A program made the position numbers and the translations under genes. This document shows positions 51,355 to 63,745 of a stretch of 64,000 nucleotides of DNA, piece by piece. The first letter of the stretch is position 1, and each line of letters begins with the position of its first letter. The notes beneath the pieces were generated by a model that saw only the letters and a list, made by a program, of their open reading frames with translations, made no database searches and was not told the DNA's origin. Source of the stretch: Octopus sinensis (lineage: Eukaryota); contig NC_043009.1 in assembly GCF_006345805.1 (NCBI RefSeq), forward strand, positions 60,884,001-60,948,000, given 5' to 3'.

Positions 51355-52105
51355 AGTGAAAAATTATAACATTTTTGCTGTGAGGATAAGTAGTGGTAAT
51401 TCCCATGATTTGATGTTAGCCATGGTTGAAGCATGTCGGACATTTATATGTATACATCTATATCAATACTAGTCCAAAAATGAATTTCCATTCATAAGAG
51501 CAGTATCTGAGTATCTCTCTTCTTGAGTTTGGAAACCATCTGGATCATGTGAATTTTTCAGAATGACTTTCATCTATGTCAAACAAAGCTTGCTTCCATT
51601 CAGATATGGTCCAGAAGTTCTAAAAGTTTCCACTTAATTTTGTATAGGATTGCTTTTTCTTTTAACTGCCACATATAGTTGGTGAATGTTGTAACACTGC
51701 ATCTCCCATGAATTCGAAAAGAGGATATGTGATTATTCAGCCTAGCTTTAAAGGGGATCTGGGTTACTCCATTGTTGTTGGATGACATCACTTCTGCTTC
51801 ACAAACCACTTGGTCTTTTTGTTGGTAGTATATTGCACTACCCAATCACTGGACACTCTATATGAACATTCTGCATCTGCTTAGGGTCTTGGGGTACTCA
51901 TTAATATTCTTTTTGATTCTAAGCACACAGCTGAATGAGATTCAGATGCTGTTCTTCTGAGCAGAAATTGGTTTTGACAACACAGTCATGCCCCTTTTTG
52001 AACTGGGGAATGACATGTACACAAGTGCTTCAACCATGGCTAACATTAAATCCAAGGGAAGTAAATCTCCATGCCCTCCTGGAAAATGTTATAATTTTTC
52101 AGTTT
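51355..52105 (-). pseudogene. Penelope-type GIY-YIG endonuclease remnant bracketed by ~85-bp inverted repeats
   Basis: TQIPFKARLNNHISSFR...YMWQLKEKAILYKIKWKLL...NGSKLCL; tgcttcaaccatggctaacat...aaaatgttataatttt at 51355-51435 (minus) and 52026-52100 (plus). Confidence 0.7.
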
Positions 52106-54794
52106 CCTTGTTTTTTTTTTTTTGTTTAAGCAACAGTGAATCATCCATGGCCTCTATATATCTTCAATATAAAAGAGGCTATGAGTTTCCAATAGGTAAT
52201 ACTGTCTAGTGCAACAGCTGGTGCAAAACCAGTTATATGCCATAACTAATAATATATTGCTCAACAATATATTGATATCCTCAAGAATATGGCTATGTGG
52301 GTATGGAGTTCACTTTGTAACCAAGTGGTCACATGTTCTTTCACAGTATGGCACCTTGGTCAGATTTGAGCTGACCAATGCCTTGTGAGTGGAAATGATA
52401 GATAGAAACTGTATGAGTTCCCATTGTATACACATACATATGTGTGCATATGCACCTGCATATGTGCCTTGTCAATGTCTACATTCCACCCCTTTACATG
52501 AAACTTTTGAGCTAAAAATGGTTGTGTTTGTTGGCATTCACTGACAGAAAATTGTCCTCAAGTTCTACAGTTTCAACAGCATATAGAATAAAAAAAAATC
52601 CCTAATTTAAAAAATAGAGGTAATGGTCAGTGACAGGAAAGGCATCAAACTGTAAAACAATGCTTCAATAATAAAATTTGACATGTCAGTCAGTCGCCGG
52701 CTGACGCTCGTTGACGCTACACCGAAGAGGCCAGGGAACAGAAAAGAGAAGAAGAGAGAAGACATGCACCCAACACCAGAGCCGAAGACACCTCCGAAAG
52801 GGGGAGCCACGTCAAAATGGTAGAGGAGTAGGGGCCGAAACTGGACGTGGTTCCTCCCGACGATGTCTTGAGCTAACTGGATCCTATAAAGGAGCTGTTG
52901 TGGTAGCAGACCATGAAACACGGTTGTAATTCCTTCCTATGTGTCCAAGCCTAATTAGCATGGAAAAATGGACATAAAAAGAATCGGCATTCAAGCACTG
53001 ACAAACATGATCCTGTCTTCTGGTCCACGTGTGATCTGCCACCTTTCTCTGATGATGGCCTCTGCTCTCGGAGCTATCAGGTTTTATACGTTCACCATTT
53101 AAGTACCCCAGAAACACACTCAATAATAATATTCCTGTTTGCAACTAGACAGGAAAAATGTATTCAATATGGTAAAGTAAAATGAAATGAGATTTATACA
53201 AAGCAGAAGTTGAGCAAGTGACTACACAAGTCTTGTGTTTGAGCAGCTACTCAAGTTATACTCCCTGACCAAGCAGAAGTGCAAAGCTCGAGGAGTAACT
53301 CAATTAAACTCAGCCTAGAACAGAAACTATTTGTGTGTGTGCGGGGATGGGGGGGTGTAAATAGATTGGTAGACAGATAAACAGATCTTGCCCCCATTTT
53401 TCTGGTTTACTTGTACTCATGAAGTTACTTAAGTTTTAACCATTTACACTTAATACACACACACACACATACAAATTGGATAGAGAGATAGACTAGGAGG
53501 CAATGTTCACATGCAAAAAATGGCCTTGACATATCAACAAAGTACTATGTCTTTATTAGACCAACAGCAAAGCAGAAATTCCACTGGTTATGTGGAACAG
53601 AGCCCAAATATTTCTCCTGGTTGTCAGTAGCTTAGTAATTGACATTATTCCAATCTCATGGTTTACATCACAGCTTACTACCCACCACCCCCATCATCTT
53701 ATCATCATGAATTACCAAGAGTCCTTCCATTTGCATACACCAAATTTCTAATACCAAAATTCTTTTATTCTATCACCACCCACACTGTCCTTATGTTTAT
53801 GCTACAAAGCATGTTTCTGGGGTAAAGAATTTTGCATCTTTTAGCATGTGGTTAGGTCTTCTATTACATCCTTAGGTTCATCAATACATTGTAGTGGAAA
53901 CTGGTAGACAGTCACTAGGTGGAAATCCATCATGTGTGTGTGTGTGTGATGCAATTCCATGACTTAAACTAGAAATATATATATAAATTTATATAAATAA
54001 GGATAAGATCGTTAATTTAATTATCGATCTTATCAAGTGGCCAGCATGGGAATAAAAACCTTCAAAGGTAATAATTATTATTAAAATTATAATTTAGTGT
54101 ATCTAAGAGATACCTCCATGCTGGAAACAGCAGCCAAAACTTGACTCTAAAGCCACATTAAATGTTCATACTGCACCAGGAGAGAAGACAAAAGGACAAG
54201 ATGAACTAGCAAAAAAAATTACTGGATAATTCCAGATCCCGGATTTCTGGATTTGCATAAGAAATGCTTTGCTTCTTCAGTGGAATATACACAGATAGTA
54301 ACATAAATACACAGGAAGCCAGAAGGCTGCACCAGGCCCAGTCTGATCCAGCCGTAGAAACACTGCCAGATCAGACTGGGCCTGGTGCAGCCTTCTGGCT
54401 TCCTAGACCCCAGTTGAACCGTCTAACCCATGCTAGCATGGAGAGTGGACGTTAAACGATGATGATGATGATGATACATATAACATACACATACTTACAT
54501 ATATGAACGTATACATACATATGTACATGCACGTATGCACACAACCAGTTTAAATTGCCTGCCTATAACTCTTCGTGCGATATGGTCAAAATATCAACCG
54601 CATAATTTATATATATATATCCTTTAAGAGTTTGCTTACAGTTAACATATTGAATGTGCATCTAAAAGCCCCTATTCCATTATGCTGGCAGCAGACTAAT
54701 GATGCCAACTGGCAATACCAATTTTTGGGAAGGTCACCGCAAGCTGTGCCAATACAATGTAGGATAAATATAGTAATAATAATAATAATAATAC

Positions 54795-55300
54795 TTGCCA
54801 TTACATTTTTAATCAACCAAATATGAACCATTTTGTTGCACAATGCGTCTCCATCTTTCCTTTAACTTGAAAATACCCTCTTCCTAGAATTGAGGTGGTT
54901 TCATGGCAAAGAATTCATCAAGGCATATTTTTACGTCATCCAAGGAAATTAAATTTTTACCATTAAGACTATTCTGCAGAGACCTGAATAAGTGGAAATC
55001 CGAAGGAGCAATATCTGGTGAATATGGAGGGTAGGGGTAACACATCCCAGCCGAGCTGCAGCAATTTTTGTCTGGTTCCCAAAGGATCAAGAGCAGAAAA
55101 TGAACTTTCTTATCTTCCATTTTAAAGGGTTACAGAATTAACAGGTTATAGGAACATAAACCTTCTCCCACGAAAAGATAGCTTAAACTATGCTCTAAAT
55201 GGAGGTATAGTCAAATCCTATTTTATGGACTCAATAATGTTCTAAAATAAGTCGAAAGGTAAGCTACTATAAATCGGCACAAACTTTCCGGACAACCCAA
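54795..55300 (-). mobile_element. internally deleted mariner with one intact TIR
   Basis: TIR ttgggttgtccggaaagtttgtgccgattt; MEDKKVHF start joined to PYSPDIAPSDFHLFRSLQNSLNG and RWRRIVQQNGSYLVD*. Confidence 0.85.
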
Positions 55301-57000
55301 TACATTGACTTTAAATCTCTGTCCGGCACATGTTTCTACTGCATAGATATCCTAAGATGTGGCATTCAGTTACATCCTGTTGGTTCCATTGCATTATAAG
55401 TTCATCCAGGGTAGATGTATCCATGCAGTTTTATTGAAGGTGTTACCACTAGGAGTATTTGAAGTGAACTTGTGAAGAATCACATGTTGTGCAGAGATTT
55501 AAAATGAATGTATTGTATATAATACTGCAATAAACAAGCTTTCCAGAATGTATACTTCTCCATTCTTATCTTTAATGTCTTGAATATACACTCTGTATAC
55601 TGTATAAAATCCAAAGAAGCAGACTTAGGATTTACCCATCAGGTGAAATATTGTGTGATTGGCTGAGTGGTTAGAGAAGCAGACTTGCGGTTGAGGGATC
55701 GCAGGTTCAAATCTCAGACCAGGTGATGTATGTGTTTATGAGCGAAACACCTAAGCTTCACGTGGCTCCAGCAGAAGGTAATGGCGAACTTCTGCTGACT
55801 CTTTCGCCACAACTTTCTCTCACTCTTTCCTCCTGCATATTGCAGCTCACCTGCGATGGACTGGCGTCCTGTCCAGGTGGAGAGCCTATATGCCAAAGAA
55901 ACCAGGAAACTGGCCCTAATGAGCCAGGCATGGCTTGAGAAGGAACAAACAAACAAATATATAGGTGCAGGAGTGGCTGTGTGGTAAGAAGTTTGCTTCC
56001 CAACCACATGGTTCCAAGTTCAGTTCCACTGCATGGCACCCTGGGCAAGTGTTTTCTACAATAGCCTTGGGCCAACCAAAGCCTTGTGAGTGGATTTGGT
56101 AGATGGAAACTGAAAGTAGCCCATCATGTGTTTGTGTGTGTGTGTATGTCCCCTGCCATCACTTGACAGCTGGTATTGGTGTGTTTACATACTGGTAACT
56201 TAGCAGTGCAGCAAAAGAGAATGATAGAATAAATACCAGGCCTAAAAAAAAAGGATAAGTACTGGGTTCAATTCATTCAACCTAAAGTTCTTCAAGGCAG
56301 TGCCCCAGCATGGCCACAATCAAATGACTGAAACAAGTAAAAGATAATACACACACACACTTATATGTATAAATATAAATAACTGTTGAGAAATAAATAT
56401 AACAAAACAAGGTTAAAACAAATAACAATATAAATATATATTTCTGTTTTTGTAATATTTTACAATTTTCAAAGCAATTTCCAAAAATATCTCATTTCCT
56501 TTGATCTTGCAAAGACTATATACAGATTAGGTGAAAACCTTTTCTTCATTTCTCCTTCGTTAAGGTAAACAACGCAGAGGTGAAGTAAATAGGTGTGATG
56601 TTGAGGTATCTTTTGAAGCACAATAGTGACTGGTTGTCGTTGTTATCATCATCGTTTAGCACCTGTATTCCATGCAGGTATGGGTTGGACCATCTGATAA
56701 GATCCAACCAGCGGGAGGGCCACATTGAGCTCCAATGTCTGTTTTGACATGGTTTCTACAGCTCAATGCTCTTTCTAATGCCATCCACTTTATAGAGTGT
56801 CCAGGGTGCTTTCTCATGTAACTGGCACTAATGAGGTCACCAAATTACTCTCAAAACAAGACCCCTTGATTGAAATGGTGTAGAATTGAATAAGGTGGCA
56901 TTGAGCAAGATACGTAAGTAAAGCCTCCTTTCTAAGACAAATCTTAGGATCTATCTTAGAACTGAATTGTCTGCTCATTGGTGGCATCATCATCATCATC

Positions 57001-57325
57001 TCCACCCGTCTAACACCTGTGGACATATTTACAAAGTCAGAAAACAGCACAGCTCCCATGACTTTAGGAAACATTTTTTCACGCTGAGAGTTGCTGAAGC
57101 ATGGAACAAACTGCCGGCATCAGTTGTTAGTTGTCGGAGCACTGCATCCTTCAAAACTTCCATGCTTCCTGAGATTCGCCAACACTACACCTGATTTTCT
57201 CCCCTCTATACACACACAAGCATGTATCTGACTCATACATTGTTCGCTTTCCAGACTTTATACGCACTTTCTGACAAGTTGTGGTGCACCTGAGCAATGT
57301 ATACAATAATTTCATAATTATTATT
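57001..57325 (+). mobile_element. CR1-type LINE 3' end
   Basis: SNTCGHIYKVRKQHSSHDFRKHFFTLRVAEAWNKLPASVV; ATT tail. Confidence 0.8.
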
Positions 57326-57983
57326 ATCATCATCAACTATATTCTGCACAGCTATCATAGCTATCATATGACAGATATTTCTGCACATGTCTGTTGGGGA
57401 AGGACACCTCAGGTCCCAGCAGAGAGTGCCTTGGTCAGCTAATTGCCTATTTGCTTATTATACCCTAAAAAGGCCCTTCTCCTGACAGACTAGGAATATA
57501 AAGAGAGATACTAGTTCATTTCTATAAAACTCCCTACCATATTACATAGTTTTCACAGACGTATCAACACTCCCTGACTTCCCTGTGGACTAGAACAGCA
57601 GTAACCCTTATCTGCACAATCAGAGAATATGAAAGACACAAGCAAATGTAGGGAGGTGAGGATCCCATTTAGTCTGAATTAAGACAGAGCAAGTACAAAA
57701 CCATTTCTATAAAATCCCTTCCATGCCCTGTATATGCCATGGAGATATCCACACGCTCTGGCTACCCCTATAGACGTGTATGGAGGCAATCCTTTATATC
57801 AGGTTGTTTGCTCCTTCTCAAGCCACGTCTGGCTCACAAGGCCCCGGAAGGATGAAAGACAAATCTAACCATGGCACAATTTGAAAAATTAGAATTTAAA
57901 GAGACATAACTGAATACTATTAAACATTTGTTTGATGTGCCACGGCTCTACCTGAACACCACCCTGCAACAATCACCCTCACC

Positions 57984-58389
57984 TTATGATTTTGAAAATA
58001 TGTCTGATGTAATTGTAGATCTCTTTCGAAAGGTATGCCATGCTGCAGCAAAATCTTTCAGTTGGTCACCACTGAGAGTCCATTGGCTGTGAAGTTTCTT
58101 CCTCTTAGCCTCCCACTCATACCTCATCTTCTTCAAAGCACTTGGCATCATCTCTCGCGGTTCATTTGCATGATGACCCCCTTGTGAGGCAGACCCCTCG
58201 TTGAGGTCATCTTTGTTGTCCTGGCTGAATTTCAACAAGACCTCACTCGTGGCCTGAAGTTGGTGATGAAGGGTCTGTAAGAAGTTGACAACTTCATGTT
58301 TATCTCGGTCAGTTTGAGGAAGGATGAGGACATCATCAGGTAGTCTGCTGTAGAGGAAGTGAAGGACAGGCAGGATGGAGGACTCCTTG
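57984..58389 (-). CDS. unidentified 135-codon exon-like open frame (coding exon or retrocopy)
   Basis: Acceptor ttcttgcctttctttcaattatttctctccattgcAG at 58390; stop-free KESSILPVLHFLYSRLPDDVLILPQTDRDKHEVVNFLQ...SDIFSKS*; internal donor GAG|GTATGA at 58123 would give a 267-nt symmetric exon. Confidence 0.4.
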
Positions 58390-58959
58390 CTGCAATGGAG
58401 AGAAATAATTGAAAGAAAGGCAAGAAAGAAGTGGTAAGAATATGAGAGAGAGAGAGAGAGAGAGAGAGCTCAGGAAATGAATGTTGTGAGAAACATAGCA
58501 AAAATGGTGAAAAGAGAGAAAGAAACAAAGAGATAGAAAGAGAGAAAGTGTGTGTGGGAAAGTGTGTGTGTGTGTGTGTGAGAGAGAAACAAAAGGAAAA
58601 AGAAAGAAATGGAAGAATACACTATATTACCTCACAGACATACAAGCACAAATACATATAGAATATTCTACCCAGTTGACATACACACTCACACACACTT
58701 TGTTACCACTCAACATGTATCATCCAACCAGTCAACACCACATGTTGACTATGACAGCACAACTGGCTGTTATTATATACATTGATCAAAATTGTTAATG
58801 TCCTTAACAGATGCAAATGACTGTTCTATAACATTAGTTGATGTAGTCAATGTCTTCACAGCTTGCAGAAGCAAACAAGAGATTCCCATAGACAGACTAA
58901 GCCAGTGACAAAGAAAAAAACAAATGGAAAAGATATAAATGTTTCACATGTGTACACAG

Positions 58960-59275
58960 CAGGGTCCTCCATAAGGCATTCGCCATATTCTGAACGCCTT
59001 ACTTCCCTGGGGCATGGATACATTGAAACTCCGACGACTGGCAGCTGACTTGGCAGAGACCCATAAAATTATTAACCATCTTACTAACAATAACTCTGAG
59101 CACCTTTTCAAACTCCACCTGTCTAACACCCGTGGACATGTTTACAAAGTCAGAAAACAGCACAGCTCCTTCCATGACTTTCGGAAATATTTTTTCATGC
59201 TAAGAGTTGCTGAAGCATGGAACAAACTGCTGGCATCGGTTGCTAGTTGACGAAGCACAGCATCCTTCAAAACTT
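58960..59275 (+). mobile_element. CR1-type LINE RT C-terminal fragment
   Basis: PYSERLTSLG.MDTLKLRRLAADLAETHKII...LRVAEAWNKL. Confidence 0.8.
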
Positions 59276-59541
59276 TCCTCCTGCATCTTGCAGCTTACCT
59301 GCGACGGACCAGCATCCTGTCCAGGTGGGGAACCTATACGCCAAGGAAACCAGGAAACTGGCCCTTATGAGCCAGGCGTGGCTCGAAAAGGAACAAACAA
59401 GAATGATATTGTAGGGTAGGTGTGAGAGATCGGATCTGCTCAGTTTTAACATAAAACAGAGAATATTTGGGCTGGATTAAATGCTAAAGGGTTAAATCAA
59501 TAACCTATCCTTGACCTCTACAGTTGGATAAGTCAAACTTA

Positions 59542-59575
<34 letters not shown>

Positions 59576-60727
59576 GAAATCAAATATACTTTCATATAAT
59601 CCTTTGCAGTATCTATATTTGGTTTACAGCCAACAAACTGTTCCTTTATTGAAATATTATTGAAATATACTAAAAATAGTATTGGAAGTAAGAACTGCTC
59701 CAAATGACCTATATCTGGCATTCAGTCTAAAATAAGGTTAAAAATATTTGATTTCTTTAGCTCGGTTTCAGATATTTACTTGAACAGCTTTTACCAACAA
59801 ATTGATTATTTTGTTCCGAACGTCTCTTTTTTTATTTTTATTAAAAAAATTTTTTTTGGTTACAAGTATATGTGAGATTCTTTATACACAATCCAACATA
59901 AATGTTTATTCATTGTCAGATCAAATATTCCATGTAGCTGAACAAGATCTAAAATGCCCATTGTGTGGTATAAATAATGCGTTTGAAGATTTTTCTGAAA
60001 GCCAAATTCTTATCAGCAAAATAAAACGATGCTCTTTAAACATCTGGAAACTTTTACACTACACTGAGGCTCTCATTATTTTTGTACATGTAACTGCATC
60101 TCCTTAACTTTATCATTCACCACCATCATTTTAACATCTGCCTTTCAATGTTTGCATGGGTTGGATTGAATCTATTAAAGCAGATTTTTCTACAGACAGA
60201 TGCTCTTCCTGTTTTCAAGCAAGGGAATATTTCTGCATGCTCTCACAGAATACTGGAAATGAATAGTATTACTTGAAAATCATCACATGATGTCAAAACA
60301 AGGAAACACACACACACACACCATATTCTTTTACTCTTTTACTTGTTTCAGTCAGTTGACTGCGGCCATGCTGGAGCACCGCCTTTAGTCAAGCAACTCG
60401 ACCCCAGGACTTATTCTTTTGTAAGCCCAGTACTTATTCTATCGGTCTCTTTTGCAGAACCGTTAAGTAACAGGGACATAAACACACCAGCATCGGTTGT
60501 CAAGCAATGCTAGGGGATAAACACAGACACATAAACATACACAAACACACACACAGTTTCCGTCTACCAAATCCACTCACAAGGCTTTGGTCGGCCCGAG
60601 GCTATAGTAGAAGACACTTGCCCAAGGTGCCACGCAGTGGGACTGAACCCAGAACCATGTGGTTGGTAGACAAGCTACTTACCACACAGCCACTTCATAT
60701 ATATATGATGGGCTTCTCTTAGTTTCT

Positions 60728-60962
60728 TATTTCTTTACTGCCCACAAGACGCTAGACACAGAGGGGACAAACAAGGACAGACAAAGGGATTAAGTTGATT
60801 ACATCGACACCAGTGCATAACTGGTACTTAATTTATCGACCCCGAAAGGATGAAAGGCAAAGTCGACCTCGGCAGAATTTGAACTCAGAATGTAACGGCA
60901 GATGAAATACCGGCTAAGCATTTCGCCCGACGTGCTAATGTTTCTGCCAGCTCGCCGCCTTT
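60728..60962 (-). mobile_element. Meta-domain-type SINE monomer with 11-bp TSD inside a family A SINE
   Basis: tcttagtttct at 60717-60727 and 60963-60973. Confidence 0.8.
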
Positions 60963-61459
60963 TCTTAGTTTCTGTCTACCAAATCCATTCACAAGACTTT
61001 TATCAGCCTAAGGCTATAACTGGAGACACTTGCCCACGGTGCCATGCAGTGGGACTGAACCTGAAACTATGTAGTTGGGAAGCAAACTTCTTACCGCACA
61101 GCCAATCTTGCATCTTAACAACAGTTTTATTAATCGGCAGCCATAATGATATCTCAGCCCTTTTTTTTTTTTTTTTTCCGGAAATTTCAGATGATGTATG
61201 GAATGTTTATGTGATTGTAAATATTCATGAACATGCCTGCAGTCATTAATTCCAGATTTTTCTTTTTGCACCGAAAGCAATAAATCTCATTTGTGTTTTC
61301 TGAATAAACAAACCGCCTTCTAAGAAAAATTTCACTGTTGATAATTTTCCTATACATCACTGTCAGCAGCGAAGAACTATGTTTATTTGCCTCTTTCGGA
61401 AAGTTGCACTGGTTGTTCTTAACATAACTACTTTAAGCCGCTGTAATATCCCCACCACC

Positions 61460-62045
61460 TGTTTCTTTACTACCCACAAGTGGCTAAACGCAGAGAGGAC
61501 AAACAAGGACAGCCAAATGGATTAAGTCGATTATATCGACCCCAGTGTGTAACTGGTACTTATTTAATCGGCCTCGAAAGGATGAAAGGCAAAGTTGACC
61601 TCAGCGGAATTTGAACTTAGAGCGTAGGGGCAGACGAAATACCTATTTCTTTACTACCTACAAGGGGCTAAACACAGAGAGGACAAACGGATTAAGTTGA
61701 TTATATCGACCCCAGGGTGTAACTGGTACTTAATTTATCGACCCCGAAAGGATGAAAGGCAAAGTCGAACTCGGTGGAAGTAGAACTCAGAACGTAGCGG
61801 CAGACGAAATACCTATTTCTTTACTACCCACAAGGGGCTAAACACAGAGAGGACAAACAAGGACAGACAAAGGGATTAAGTCGATTATATCTACCCCAGT
61901 GCGTAACTGGTACTTATTTAATCGACCCTGAAAGGATGAAAGGCAAAGTTGACCTCGGTGGAATTTGAACTCAGAACGTAGCGGCAGACGAAATACCGCT
62001 AAGCATTTTGCCCGGCGTGCTAACGTTTCTGCCAGTTCACCACCT
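61460..62045 (-). mobile_element. trimeric Meta-domain-type SINE with one 16-bp TSD
   Basis: Units start at 61460, 61644 and 61814; taatatccccaccacc at 61444-61459 and 62046-62061. Confidence 0.9.
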
Positions 62046-62839
62046 TAATATCCCCACCACCATCATCATGAAACCGGGATAGCTGTAAGCTTCTATGATG
62101 TTATCTTCACATCACAATACCCACCACTACCACTATGGAGATGAGATAACTCCAAATGTCTATACATCACTTTGAAGTCCATCGTCACCTCCAAGACTCC
62201 CACTGACATTATTTTTAACCCTTTAGCATTTAAACCAGCCATACCAGGCAAAAATATTCTGTTTTATGCTATTAAAACTGACCAGATCCAGCCTTTCACA
62301 CCTACCCTACAATGTCATGCTAGAAAAATACAAACACACCACTGAAATCTTGAAACTGCAACATAATGTATGATGAATTCAAAACAATGTGAATAACTAA
62401 GAATTACATTTGACAGATTAATTTCAATGCCAAGGGGTTGAGCCAACCATACCAAATCCAATATTCTACCTGTTTTATGTTCAAACTGGCTAGATCCATC
62501 CTATCACACTTACCCAACAATGCCACCCTAAATATAAATGATCATATCATCAAAATCTCAAAGCTACAAAATAATGCATGATTAATTCAAAATGATGTGA
62601 ATAAACAAGCATACATTTGACAGAGTAATCTAAATGCTGAAGGATTAACAAGCTATAAGCCTCTATGTTCCTATTTACGCCACTGCAACCATGGTCCCAG
62701 GGTTGTAGTACCCAGTTATAGGTCAAATAGCAGAAGATTGTCCTAAGGCTGGCCCCTAGACATGTATTACACAGACACCAAATGTGTGGGATTGCCCTGA
62801 TGTCATATAAACCAGTCCTATGCCTAAGGTTTAGCCCTT

Positions 62840-63295
62840 GGCATCTGTACTAGTGGAGCGCTAAGGGTACCATACTAGCGTGATCGTTGCCAGAGCAACA
62901 AGCTGGCCTCCGTGCCGATAGCACGTAGAAAGCACCATTCGAGCGTGATCGTGACCTGTGTCGCCTTACTGGCACTTGTTTTGGTGGCATGTGAAAAAAC
63001 ATTCAAGCGAGGTCGTTGCCAGTGCCACTGGACTGGCTCCTGTGCAGGTGGCACATAAAAAGCACCATTTGAGCATGGCCGCTGCCAGTACCGCCTGACT
63101 GGCCCTCGTACTGGTGGCACATAAAAGCACCCATACACTCTCAGAGTGGTCGGCATTAGGAAGGGCATCCAGCTGTAGAAACTCTGCCAGATCAAATTGG
63201 AGTCTGGTGCAGCCATCTGGTTTGCCAGACCTCAGTCAAATTGTCCAACCCATGCTAGCATGGAAAGCGGACGTTAAACAATGATGATAATGATC
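62840..63295 (+). mobile_element. longest family D copy
   Basis: Three to four internal ~60-bp units, then the conserved 3' end and GAT tail. Confidence 0.8.
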
Positions 63296-63679
63296 TAGAC
63301 ATGATATTTCACCCATTTTATGTTTAAATTGACCAGATCCAACCTCTCACACCTACCATACAACGTCATTCTAGAATGACCTACATCATCAAAATCTCAA
63401 AGCTATGAGACAATGCATGATTGATTCACAACAACATGAACAAATAAGCATTACATTTGACAGAGTGATCTCAATGTTAAAGGGTTGAGTAGGCCCTGTG
63501 CCTGAAAGGTAAACTCAGAAGAGCAGGAAACAAGCCGGGTGAACTATAAATAAGCTGGCAGAAAGCAATAGGAAACCATTGAAGTGTCTTTCCCAATAAA
63601 AATTATTTACATTTGATGTATATTTGTCCTCATCTTGTTTGTTGATCTTGTAAGAATTAGCACTTCCTTCTCAAAGCTT

Positions 63680-63745
63680 GGATTCGAAATCAGACCCAAG
63701 AATCATTGGTCGTAAAATACCAATGCACAAAAAGGCGCGAAATCA
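63680..63745. promoter_or_regulatory. cluster of CCAAT x2, E2F-like and CHR-like motifs at the edge of a CpG-rich zone
   Basis: TTCGAA 63683-63688, ATTGG 63705-63709, CCAAT 63720-63724, GGCGCGAAA 63734-63742. Confidence 0.3.

Noticed and set aside
59539-59994. Minus-strand frames with faint G-alpha-like or RT-like wording and a phase-compatible exon at 59864-59994
   Set aside because: The similarity is limited to 3-4 residues, the donor TT|GTAACC is weak, and phase agreement has a 1-in-3 chance.
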